Source of the DNA: a virus
Taxonomy: Duplodnaviria > Caudoviricetes
Length of the DNA: 64,000 nt
Direction: 5' to 3' (one strand)
Virus record (IMG/VR): IMGVR_UViG_3300028832_000117
Span: 1 to 64,000 of that record
Below, one piece after another: positions 55,985 through 64,000 of this stretch; position 1 is the first letter of the stretch, and each line of letters opens with the position of its first letter. The translations under genes and the position numbers were made by a program. A model generated the notes under the pieces. That model ran no database searches, was not told the DNA's origin, and saw nothing but the letters and a program-made list of their open reading frames with translations.

Positions 55985-57121
55985 TTATGTTGTTTTGACC
56001 AGGGTAGGCGTGCCACCCGCGTCTTCGATGTGATAGCCTGTGTCCACAAGGTTGCCGTCGGAGTCGAAGGCCGCGAGGTTGCCTGCGGTGAACGACGTCG
56101 GTTTCGCCGCCCGCTCCTTGATGAGGCCCCAAACGGTCACCACTTCATAGTCCTTCTGGTCCTGACTCGACCAGCCTGGCGCCAGCGCGCCCGCGGCGTG
56201 GTCCTGCGTAAACCTCAATACTGCAACCTCAGTGCTGTAACCGTTAGACGACCAGTTGTCGGTGACGATCGTTTCGCCCCTGGGATAGGGGGTCTGACTG
56301 GAAAACTTCGGGGCTACAATGCCCAACGGAACGGATTCGAGCTTCAGGGCCAAGGTGCCGGAGGTCCCCGGAAGCCAATACTCTATCGGCGTCCCGTTGG
56401 TGCCGGTCCTGAACGAAAAGAACGCAACCCCGGGGCTGTGTGACATCGGTTTGCCGAACATCCGCAGCTGCATGCCCGTCTGTTCGTCCGTCAGCACCAG
56501 GAGTTCCGGATTGCTGGCTGAGCTGGCTCCTATGATCTGCAGCCTTCCGCTGCTGGAGATAGTGCAGGCCCCGTAGTTGTCCAGCTTCCTCTGGGTCATC
56601 GCTGCAAGCAAGTCGTAGACGGTGGTGGTATCGACCACCCATTCGCTTGACTCGTCGGGAGGCTCGTGCCCCTGGGCATAATGTGTGGCTGTGCACTTGT
56701 AGATCTGCCCCTTGTATGCTACACGATTGTCGTGGTAGTAGTTGGGATCCTGGCTGGACGACCATTCCGGGACGACCTTTTCGAGCAGGCTTGCCAACGC
56801 AGAGAAGACTGTCCCGGAGGTCGGCACACGGGCATCGCCCTCTGCCACTGCCGTAGTGGTTTCAGGAACGCTGATGTCGACTCGCTTGGCGACTGGAGAC
56901 ACTTCGGAGCTGTTGACGAAAACCTGCTCGATCACGTTCGCCTGCGCCCCCGACTCTATGCCGTCCAGCTTCTCCTTGGCCCACGCGGGGAGCCGGGGCT
57001 CCTGGGGTCTTGGGGGAACGACGGGTACCGTCGCCTTCGGTATGGTTGGTCTTGCCCATATCCCTGTCCTGGGTACCACAACCCCGGCTCCCGGTATCTC
57101 CGCCGTTCCGCTCATGGTCAA
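55985..57121 (-). CDS. tail fibre-associated protein
   Basis: KLDGIESGAQANVIE motif, CBM-like VAYKGQIYKC...PPDESSEW, AGNLAAFDSDGNLVDTG. Confidence 0.7.
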   Translation of the reverse strand: MTMSGTAEIPGAGVVVPRTGIWARPTIPKATVPVVPPRPQEPRLPAWAKEKLDGIESGAQANVIEQVFVNSSEVSPVAKRVDISVPETTTAVAEGDARVPTSGTVFSALASLLEKVVPEWSSSQDPNYYHDNRVAYKGQIYKCTATHYAQGHEPPDESSEWVVDTTTVYDLLAAMTQRKLDNYGACTISSSGRLQIIGASSASNPELLVLTDEQTGMQLRMFGKPMSHSPGVAFFSFRTGTNGTPIEYWLPGTSGTLALKLESVPLGIVAPKFSSQTPYPRGETIVTDNWSSNGYSTEVAVLRFTQDHAAGALAPGWSSQDQKDYEVVTVWGLIKERAAKPTSFTAGNLAAFDSDGNLVDTGYHIEDAGGTPTLVKTT

Positions 57122-57447
57122 CCTACCACTCCCTTCTCGATGTAGCTGAAGAACTTCTCAAAGTCCTGCTTGTTGAAATGGATCCCGAGGAGCCCTACGT
57201 AGAGCTCTCCGGCCGTGTCGACCCCGGCTATCGCCGCTTTCTTGAGAACGTCCACGTCCACCGTATCACCGTCCATGATACCAAGGGCGGTCATGAACTC
57301 GGACGGAATGATCCTCACCGAGAGCTTGCCCGTCCCGACAAGCGCGCCGAGGGCGAACTTGCGCATGGGAGCCTTGCACTCCGGTATGAGGACCGACTGG
57401 ACGTACTGGTTCAGCCTCTGGTCGAACTCTGCTGTCGTCATCTTCAT
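57118..57447 (-). CDS. hypothetical protein
   Basis: AAGGAG SD; 109 aa. Confidence 0.7.
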   Translation of the reverse strand: MKMTTAEFDQRLNQYVQSVLIPECKAPMRKFALGALVGTGKLSVRIIPSEFMTALGIMDGDTVDVDVLKKAAIAGVDTAGELYVGLLGIHFNKQDFEKFFSYIEKGVVG

Positions 57448-57504
57448 GTCTCAAATCTCCTTTTGTCGGCGGGCGCCCGGCGAAGGGCGCCCGCCTCGTG
57501 GCCG

Positions 57505-57936
57505 TTAGCCGTTCGTGGTGGACGCGGTAGCCGTCTTGGCGACGAGCGCCGCGGGGGTCACGTCAACGGCGCCCCAGCCGGGGGCGACGTTGCGGTTCGG
57601 GACCATGAGCTGGGTCAGCGAGTAGAGCTGGCCGATCTGCGTGGCCGCGAACCCGAGCTGCGCCTGCTGGGTGGCGTTGATCGCCATCTGGGGCGCGATC
57701 GCCCTGTCGGTGTACGCCTGGGCGCGGGTCTCCGCGAGCTGCACGCGAAGCTCCATGTTCTCGTGCGCGAGCGGGTTGACGCCTGCGGCGGGTCCGCCGA
57801 ACAGCGGGCTGCCTCCCGGAGGGAGCAGTACGCGTGCGGCAAGGCCGCCTATGGCGACACCTGCGATGGTCCAGAGCGCGCCCTTGAGGCCTTTGCCCTC
57901 GTAGGCACCTTCCGTCCTGTCTGTATCTTCTGTCAT
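57505..57936 (-). CDS. hypothetical protein with an N-terminal TM
   Basis: AAGGA SD; 143 aa; followed by a GC hairpin. Confidence 0.65.
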   Translation of the reverse strand: MTEDTDRTEGAYEGKGLKGALWTIAGVAIGGLAARVLLPPGGSPLFGGPAAGVNPLAHENMELRVQLAETRAQAYTDRAIAPQMAINATQQAQLGFAATQIGQLYSLTQLMVPNRNVAPGWGAVDVTPAALVAKTATASTTNG

Positions 57937-58007
57937 CGTGGGTTTCCTTTCTTCTTTGTTGTTTCAGTATTCCCCACGGCACCGTGCCGCAGGGAAATCC
58001 CTGCGGC

Positions 58008-58283
58008 TCAGGCCTTTTCGGCCTTGACGAGCGCTTCGGCCTCCTTGACCTTTTCGCCCTCCTTGGTCTCGAGCGACGCCCACAGCCACTTTACGGCTGC
58101 GAATATCGCCTTGGCCCTGTCGTGCGACACTCCGTGCCGCAGAACCTCCGCGAGCGCCGTCCTCACGCCGTCGCAGGAGTCCTCGACCTCGCGGTCCACG
58201 AGGTCCGTCAGGGCGGAGATGGCATGCTCGCGGCATTCCGCGTACATCTCCATCTTCACCTTCATTTCGTTTGCTGCTGTCAT
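58008..58283 (-). CDS. hypothetical protein
   Basis: AAGGA SD; 91 aa. Confidence 0.6.
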   Translation of the reverse strand: MTAANEMKVKMEMYAECREHAISALTDLVDREVEDSCDGVRTALAEVLRHGVSHDRAKAIFAAVKWLWASLETKEGEKVKEAEALVKAEKA

Positions 58284-58499
58284 GGTTCAGTATTCCTTTC
58301 TTGGGTGTTGGCCGAGGCGGGATTGCCTTGGCCGGAATACTTGCACCTTCGACTACCGAACCAGCGCAGGGTTTGTTCTTGACAGAAGAAAAAGGAGACA
58401 ACGCGGGAACGCGAGAGGCCGAATCAGGCCTCTTTGCCATATCAGATGCTTTTGTGCCCTTCATGTTCGCGTTGCTCCTTTTAGAGCTCTCCGGAATAT

Positions 58500-58529
58500 A
58501 TTATAGCATAATGCGGTTTGCGAAATCAA
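58500..58529 (-). promoter_or_regulatory. promoter
   Basis: TTGATT-N18-TATAAT with TATGC extension. Confidence 0.7.
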
Positions 58530-59377
58530 GCAAGATCGTTCCCGTCCGTGAGTTCCAGGATGCGCCGCTGCTGCGTGGAGAGCGACGCTCCGGAGTCGCG
58601 GCGACGGCGCAGGAACGCAAGTTCGTCCTTGTTGGGGACGCGCATCCCGGCTCCGGACGTCGGATTCCCGTTCCAGTCCACCATTCCGCCGCCGGTGGCG
58701 GTGACCTTCACGATCGGCTCCTGCGGCTGGGCAGGCTGGGCAGCGGGCTGCACAGGTTGGACGGGCTGCGCGGCCTGCGCGTTCTCGGACGGGTCCAGCG
58801 AGAACTTCACGAATCCGCTCCTGCCGCGCTCCACGCCCTGCGCGTCCGCGGTCTCGACGAGTGCGCGCTGCTGCGCGCTCATCGAGGCGCCGCTTTCGTA
58901 GCGCCTGCGGAGGAAGTCCAGCTCGGAGCCCGTCATGGTGACCCCGGCTCCCTCGGCGGCCTGGGCAGAGCCGGTCTCCTTGGGCTTCTTTCCTGGCGCG
59001 GGGCTCCGCGGGCTCTCGCGCATCCTGACGACCATGTCGTGGAGGCGCTGCACGGCGGACTGCTCCCACTCGTTCTGCGGAGCCCCGACCTCCATCACCA
59101 TCTCCAGCATCTCCGCGGTCTCCTCGAGCTGTTCGTCCGTCGGATCCTTGACGGAGGTGTCGAGGGTCGCGATGCGGGCGAGGATCGTGCGCCTAAGCTG
59201 CAGCTCGTCGTCGGCGTACGCCGTGTCGCTGAAGAACCTCCGCTGCTCCTCGGTCGGCTCGGAGACCGGCTCGAAGCCGTTCTCCTCCATCACCAGACGG
59301 AGCGCTTCGTCGAACGCGACGCACAGGGCATCCCTGCTGTCCTTGAACACCTTCGGGTTTATTACGATCCTTGCCAT
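58526..59377 (-). CDS. putative virion protein with a duplicated C-terminal motif
   Basis: ELDFLRRRYESGASMSAQQRALVE and ELAFLRRRRDSGASLSTQQRRILE. Confidence 0.65.
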   Translation of the reverse strand: MARIVINPKVFKDSRDALCVAFDEALRLVMEENGFEPVSEPTEEQRRFFSDTAYADDELQLRRTILARIATLDTSVKDPTDEQLEETAEMLEMVMEVGAPQNEWEQSAVQRLHDMVVRMRESPRSPAPGKKPKETGSAQAAEGAGVTMTGSELDFLRRRYESGASMSAQQRALVETADAQGVERGRSGFVKFSLDPSENAQAAQPVQPVQPAAQPAQPQEPIVKVTATGGGMVDWNGNPTSGAGMRVPNKDELAFLRRRRDSGASLSTQQRRILELTDGNDLA

Positions 59378-59378
59378 A

Positions 59379-61658
59379 TCACTTGCCCTTTCTCTTACGA
59401 CCAAGCTTGAACCGCGTTGGCAGTACTCCAATCGTCAGCTCCGCGGCCGGAATCTCGACAGCATCGGAGGTCAGTCCTCCGGTTCCATCACCGTAGAAGC
59501 GGGCATCGGAGGGGATACCGTGTCTGCTCAACGACCCGTTCAGAAAACGGGCCCCGTTCTCCATGAGTGCAAGGGCAGCACGCGTGGTGCCCTCTTTGCG
59601 GGCTATGACCCCAAACCTGGGCTCAGATCTCTCCGTGTCATACCAGTTCGTCCCCGGCCCGGTGCCCCACACGTTCCTCGTAAATACATGCGAGGTGTTC
59701 GTCAGGGTACCAAGATTGGTATAGCTGTCCTTCATGCTCACGTTGGCCGGGTTGTTGCGCTTGCGGTCAGTGTCATTCGCATGGACAATGAGTCGGGCCT
59801 TGTGCCCGTTGATGATTGCCTGCACCGGCAGGTTGCCTTGGTCAAGGGCGCTTTCTCCGGACATTCCGTAGAACACCTTGCCAAGGCCCTCAGCGTCTCC
59901 CGACGCCGACGAAGCTCTACGCCACATCTCACGCAAAAGGTTCTCACGTACTTCAGCATCGGGGTGCCCGGCGCGCGCGGACACTACATCCGGAGTCATG
60001 ACGAACAGGCTTCCATTCCACTTCCCGGCATACCTGACGTCGTCTCCTTGCGCATACTTGGACTCTACGGAGAAGGTGGGGTGGTTAGGCTTCTTGTATT
60101 TGTCTACAAAATGCGTGCCGTCCTTAATGCCTGTCTTGATGGTTTCCGGGTCCAGCCAATAGCCTCGTAGATCGTAGTCATGCTCGGACTGCAACAACTC
60201 GGGCAGGGTCCTCCGCCAGGCCTGATACTCGGCTTCACGCTCTGTCGGGACTTCCGTGTCATAAGTCTTTCTCGTCGGCTTCGCCTTAGCCGCCTGCTGT
60301 GGCGCCGCTTCGTCCACCATACTCCCGTCTTCCAAATCATAAAACCCTGCGGCCTTCGGGTTCGCCTTGAAGAACTCCACGTCCTCCGGAGTGTAGTCCT
60401 CGGTCCTTTGCACGACGGGGTAGCCGAAGATCGACTCGGGGACCTTGTCGGATGCGAGGAAGTTCCTGAAGTTCCTGTGGCGGCTGTCGCCGCCCTTGCC
60501 GGCCTGCTGCACGGCGACGCTCGCCGAGTAGGCCCCGTTCGCGCGGACGACGTTCTGTCCGCTGTCGAGATGGTACATGAGATCCACTCCTCCCGGTTCC
60601 ACCGGTTTGATTCCGAAATAGGGGATGTCGCGGCCGATGTTGTAGGTCCTGTCGTACGTGCGGTACTCCGCCTGCGACAGCTCCCTCCCCGGCAGCAGCT
60701 TGCCCGCCGCGTCGCGCATCACCTCGTGGTGGTCCGTTACGCGCATCACGGGCGTCACGGGCTTCCCGCGCACCGTGTACGGAGCGCCGAGGAACGTGAG
60801 CGACTGGTACGGAAGATACCCGTCGTTGTACACGTCGTAGAGCCTGGGGTCCTTGACGAACCTGTCGCGGGACATCGCGGACGCGTGGTTCGGTGAGAAC
60901 GTAACGTCGCCGAGGCCCCTGGTCCGCATCATGAACTTCGTGCCGACCGGCTCGCCGACGACCGTCGCCGCGTCCCCCTTCGCGAGGACGTCGTACGACT
61001 TGAGGTTCGCGTTGTCGTAGAACCTCCTGCCCGCGCGGTGCGACTGCAGCGTGGCGTTCAGGTCCGCGACGTCCTTCTCGTACATCCAGTACATCCAGTA
61101 CGGGTTCGCCGCGTCGTTGAGCTTGCGCACGGCCTCCTGCTTCACCCTGAGCGGGGCGTTCGCGGCGTCGATGCTGGAGGCGACGGCCGGGATGTCGCTC
61201 AGGGCGATGCGCTGTCCGTTGGGGAGCGGGACGCGCTCGCTGCGGTACAGCTTCACGTCCGCCTCGCGCGGAAGGAGGACGCGTCCGTCGTCCGTGACGA
61301 GGATGAGGTTCCCGGGGCTGTTGGAGAACATGGACTTGGGCGCAGCCACCACGGATGACGCCGCCTGCCTGTTCTGCAGCGGGACCGTGGCGCTCCCGAG
61401 GAAGCGCTTGTCCACGATGCGCGGACCGCGGACCGGATGCGGGTTGAACCTCATCCGCCCGACGGCCGCCGCGGGTCCCGCGGAGAGTCCGTACTGCGAC
61501 GCCTCCTCGGCGAGGGCCATCGCCCTCCCGAGCTTCGTCGGGTTCTCGGGCGTCCCGAACAGCGGGTTGAGCGCGGCCAGCACGCCCTTCCGGACCGCCT
61601 GGCCGACCCGGGCGAACCCGGGCACCTCCTTCACCGGTTGCGATGCTGCGTATGCCAT
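59379..61658 (-). CDS. large mosaic virion (internal/ejection-like) protein, 759 aa
   Basis: Start MAYAASQP overlapping the upstream stop; contains the module YDLRGYW...HFVDKYKKPNHPTFSVESKY. Confidence 0.6.
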   Translation of the reverse strand: MAYAASQPVKEVPGFARVGQAVRKGVLAALNPLFGTPENPTKLGRAMALAEEASQYGLSAGPAAAVGRMRFNPHPVRGPRIVDKRFLGSATVPLQNRQAASSVVAAPKSMFSNSPGNLILVTDDGRVLLPREADVKLYRSERVPLPNGQRIALSDIPAVASSIDAANAPLRVKQEAVRKLNDAANPYWMYWMYEKDVADLNATLQSHRAGRRFYDNANLKSYDVLAKGDAATVVGEPVGTKFMMRTRGLGDVTFSPNHASAMSRDRFVKDPRLYDVYNDGYLPYQSLTFLGAPYTVRGKPVTPVMRVTDHHEVMRDAAGKLLPGRELSQAEYRTYDRTYNIGRDIPYFGIKPVEPGGVDLMYHLDSGQNVVRANGAYSASVAVQQAGKGGDSRHRNFRNFLASDKVPESIFGYPVVQRTEDYTPEDVEFFKANPKAAGFYDLEDGSMVDEAAPQQAAKAKPTRKTYDTEVPTEREAEYQAWRRTLPELLQSEHDYDLRGYWLDPETIKTGIKDGTHFVDKYKKPNHPTFSVESKYAQGDDVRYAGKWNGSLFVMTPDVVSARAGHPDAEVRENLLREMWRRASSASGDAEGLGKVFYGMSGESALDQGNLPVQAIINGHKARLIVHANDTDRKRNNPANVSMKDSYTNLGTLTNTSHVFTRNVWGTGPGTNWYDTERSEPRFGVIARKEGTTRAALALMENGARFLNGSLSRHGIPSDARFYGDGTGGLTSDAVEIPAAELTIGVLPTRFKLGRKRKGK

Positions 61659-64000
61659 CAGTAGTCGTATCCTTTCCGAATCCCGAACGGGTCGCGGAAT
61701 CCTTCGCGCGCCGCCTCGGTCACCTGTGTCATCTCGGAGTCTGTGATGCCTTTGCGCTGGGCCTTGAGCTTGTCCTTGAGCGACCTGACCGCGTCGACCT
61801 TCCTGGTGCCGAGCCTGTTGATGGCACGCACCACCTTCGCCACCTCGCGGACGTCGTAGTCGTCGCCGGGCTTCTCCGGGAGGAGCTCGAACAGCCTGCC
61901 GTAGAGGCGCGGAAGCACCTGCCCACAGGCCGTATTGAGCTGCTGCTGGGGGTCGAACCCGTTGGTCTCTGCGTCGTGCAGTATGTCGGCGACCGGGTTC
62001 ACCGGTCGCTTGGACTTGCGGCCCTTGACCGTGAAGCCTCCGTATGCGTAGCCCGCGCGGTCGTTGTTCGCCCACGCCGTCAGCGCCTTGACGAGCCTCT
62101 TCTGCACCGCCGTCTGGGACGCGCCCATCTGGACGGGCCCGAAGATCGGAAGGGCACCCGCGTCGCCGTTCCTGTGCATGCCTCCGACGGAGAACGGCAG
62201 GAACGCCTCGGCGAGGTTGAAGAGCGCGGAGTCCGTCGTCGGCGAGAGCCACCTCTCGAACTGGCCCTGCTCCTCCCACGGGAGCGAACGCTCGATGTAG
62301 CCGAGGCTCCTGCCGACCACACCCTCCAGGACGCGCTGCAGCGGCATGGAGAGCTTGGAGTTGAACTGGGCCCACGCGTCGTCGAACCAGCGGAAGAACT
62401 CCCAGCCCTGCTTGCCGAAGTGCATGTAGTAGTGGCGCGCCTTGGTCGTGCGGTTCGCAGGGTCGCGGCCGGTGTAGAGCGGAACGATGCTCGGAGTGAG
62501 CGCACCGGTGCCGGCGCCGACCGCCGCACCTATCGCCGCGGTGAGACGGTTGCCTCCGCCGGCGAGGCCTACGAGGCCTCCGGCGATCGCGCCGAGCGAG
62601 GTGGCGAGCGGACGTCCGCCCTCCTTGAACGAGCGGGCGAGCCCGCCGAGCTTCGTCTCGTCGAAGCGCGCGATGGCCTTCAGAAGGGGCGTCAGGTCGA
62701 ATGCGGTCCACCTGGTCTTGTCCTCATTCTCCCACGTGCCCCAGCGGTCGTCATCGTCGCCACTGCCTCCGAGGGCCTTGGCGAGCGCGAGCGTCACCAC
62801 CTGGAAGAGCGCCGGGACGCCTATCATGACGCCGAGGAACATGCGCATCCACCTGCCGGCGAAGTACTCGCGCTCCTTCCTGGACATCGTATGCCCGCCG
62901 GACAGCATGTCGGTGATGACGCTTCCGCCGCCGGCCTGCCACGCGCCGACCGTCCACTGCCACGAGAAGAGCATGGAGTTCATGAGCGCACGGGCCTTCG
63001 GGTGGGCCCACGCGAACTGCATGGGGTCGATGCCGCCGATCTCGGCGTTGATGTACCTCGAGTACCTCCTGAGGTCGCGCACGGGGTCGAACGCCTTGCC
63101 TGCGGCCTTCGCCGCATGGCGGAGCTTCATGCACATCTGCGCGACGACCGCGAGCTTGGTGGCGTTGAGGACGTAGTTGAACGCCTTGTCGCCCTGCCGG
63201 ACGAGGAGCGCATCCATCATGCGGGCGAACTTGCCTGCGGCCGCGGCGCCCATGCTGTGGCGTATCGCCTCTTTCATGCGCTTGACGTCCTTCAGGAGCA
63301 CCGTCTTGTCGGGTTCCATCGGGTTCGTGACGCTCGTGGAGACGGATATGCCGAGGGCCGCCGCCCAGGAGTACATCTCCGCGAGGAACGGATCGTTGGA
63401 GTCCATCATCCGCACGATGTCCTTCATGCCGATGTAGTCGTGCGTGATCCAGGCCTTGCCGCCGAACATCCCGCGCACCTTGTTCGCGAGGTCCGGGTGC
63501 TCCTTCATCCAGTCTCCGACCCACTTCCAGTTCGATCCGATCGTGGACATCGCGCCCACGGCGCCCATCGGGGACTCCCAGCGGGTCGCCATCGGGAAGA
63601 AGAACGAGAAGCTCACGGAGAGCGACTTGGAGTACGAGAGGGCGCGCTGTATGGCCGCACGGGTCGCCGCGCCGCCGATGCCGAGCGTCTTGCCCGCGTC
63701 GAGGTAGTGCTTGAGGTAGCCCATCGCCTCGCCGCCGGCCGTGGCGTTCATGTAGTCCTCACCGCTTCCGTCGAGAACCATCCAGCGATCCACGGAGACG
63801 AGCTGCGAGTCGTCGCCCGGAAGCTCGGTGTACCCGAGCTCGCCGATCTGCGCCTTGCGCGGCTTGCCCTCTATCTGGTGCTTCTGGCGTATGGCCTCGT
63901 ACATGGCCCTGGCGTTGTCCACGCCGGATCTGGCCGGATCGTACACCTGGCCCACCTCCGGGTTCATGGCCTGCCACCACTCGGCGAGGTTGCCCCAGAA
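61658..64000 (-). CDS. C-terminal part of a very large virion (ejection/tape-measure-like) protein; start lies outside the window
   Basis: Frame open to the window edge, hydrophobic segments, helical. Confidence 0.6.
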   Translation of the reverse strand, partial: FWGNLAEWWQAMNPEVGQVYDPARSGVDNARAMYEAIRQKHQIEGKPRKAQIGELGYTELPGDDSQLVSVDRWMVLDGSGEDYMNATAGGEAMGYLKHYLDAGKTLGIGGAATRAAIQRALSYSKSLSVSFSFFFPMATRWESPMGAVGAMSTIGSNWKWVGDWMKEHPDLANKVRGMFGGKAWITHDYIGMKDIVRMMDSNDPFLAEMYSWAAALGISVSTSVTNPMEPDKTVLLKDVKRMKEAIRHSMGAAAAGKFARMMDALLVRQGDKAFNYVLNATKLAVVAQMCMKLRHAAKAAGKAFDPVRDLRRYSRYINAEIGGIDPMQFAWAHPKARALMNSMLFSWQWTVGAWQAGGGSVITDMLSGGHTMSRKEREYFAGRWMRMFLGVMIGVPALFQVVTLALAKALGGSGDDDDRWGTWENEDKTRWTAFDLTPLLKAIARFDETKLGGLARSFKEGGRPLATSLGAIAGGLVGLAGGGNRLTAAIGAAVGAGTGALTPSIVPLYTGRDPANRTTKARHYYMHFGKQGWEFFRWFDDAWAQFNSKLSMPLQRVLEGVVGRSLGYIERSLPWEEQGQFERWLSPTTDSALFNLAEAFLPFSVGGMHRNGDAGALPIFGPVQMGASQTAVQKRLVKALTAWANNDRAGYAYGGFTVKGRKSKRPVNPVADILHDAETNGFDPQQQLNTACGQVLPRLYGRLFELLPEKPGDDYDVREVAKVVRAINRLGTRKVDAVRSLKDKLKAQRKGITDSEMTQVTEAAREGFRDPFGIRKGYDY

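Noticed and set aside
55985-57121. Second DGR target
   Set aside because: No TR-like sequence seen here or elsewhere in the window by eye; targets outside the window remain possible
1-64000. Host assignment and lifestyle
   Set aside because: No integrase, repressor, att site or host genes in the window; GC content and promoter style alone are insufficient

Overview
This window is part of a high-GC dsDNA tailed-phage genome; no host housekeeping genes are evident. It has three arms. (1) A minus-strand packaging/virion arm (219-7703) carries the terminase large subunit, repeat-rich virion proteins and a DxD glycosyltransferase-like gene. (2) A long plus-strand early/replication arm (8166-49397) carries a probable AT-rich origin, many small accessory ORFs, long structured intergenic regions with tRNA-like elements and one tRNA(CAT), an SPFH protein, an amidoligase plus class-II glutamine amidotransferase, an SF2 helicase, a Cas4-like nuclease, an SSB-like protein, a family A DNA polymerase, a primase-helicase, RuvC, an HNH endonuclease, and HU-like and GroES-like proteins. 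(3) A minus-strand tail/lysis arm (49525->64000) contains a complete diversity-generating retroelement (target tail fibre VR, avd, TR, RT). The top candidate for an undescribed system is a translationally coupled four-gene deamidating NAD+ salvage operon (pncB, nadD-Nudix, nadE, pncA; 20506-24201). It could rebuild NAD+ from both products of host NADase defences by a route distinct from the two-enzyme NARP1/NARP2 pathways. Other notable items are a family of non-decoding tRNA-like RNAs, a tandem array of Cys-rich mini-proteins sharing a C-terminal motif, a DGR VR one codon longer than its TR, and a 22-bp inverted-repeat pair over a consensus promoter upstream of the tRNA. All product calls come from motifs recognised by eye; no database search was run.
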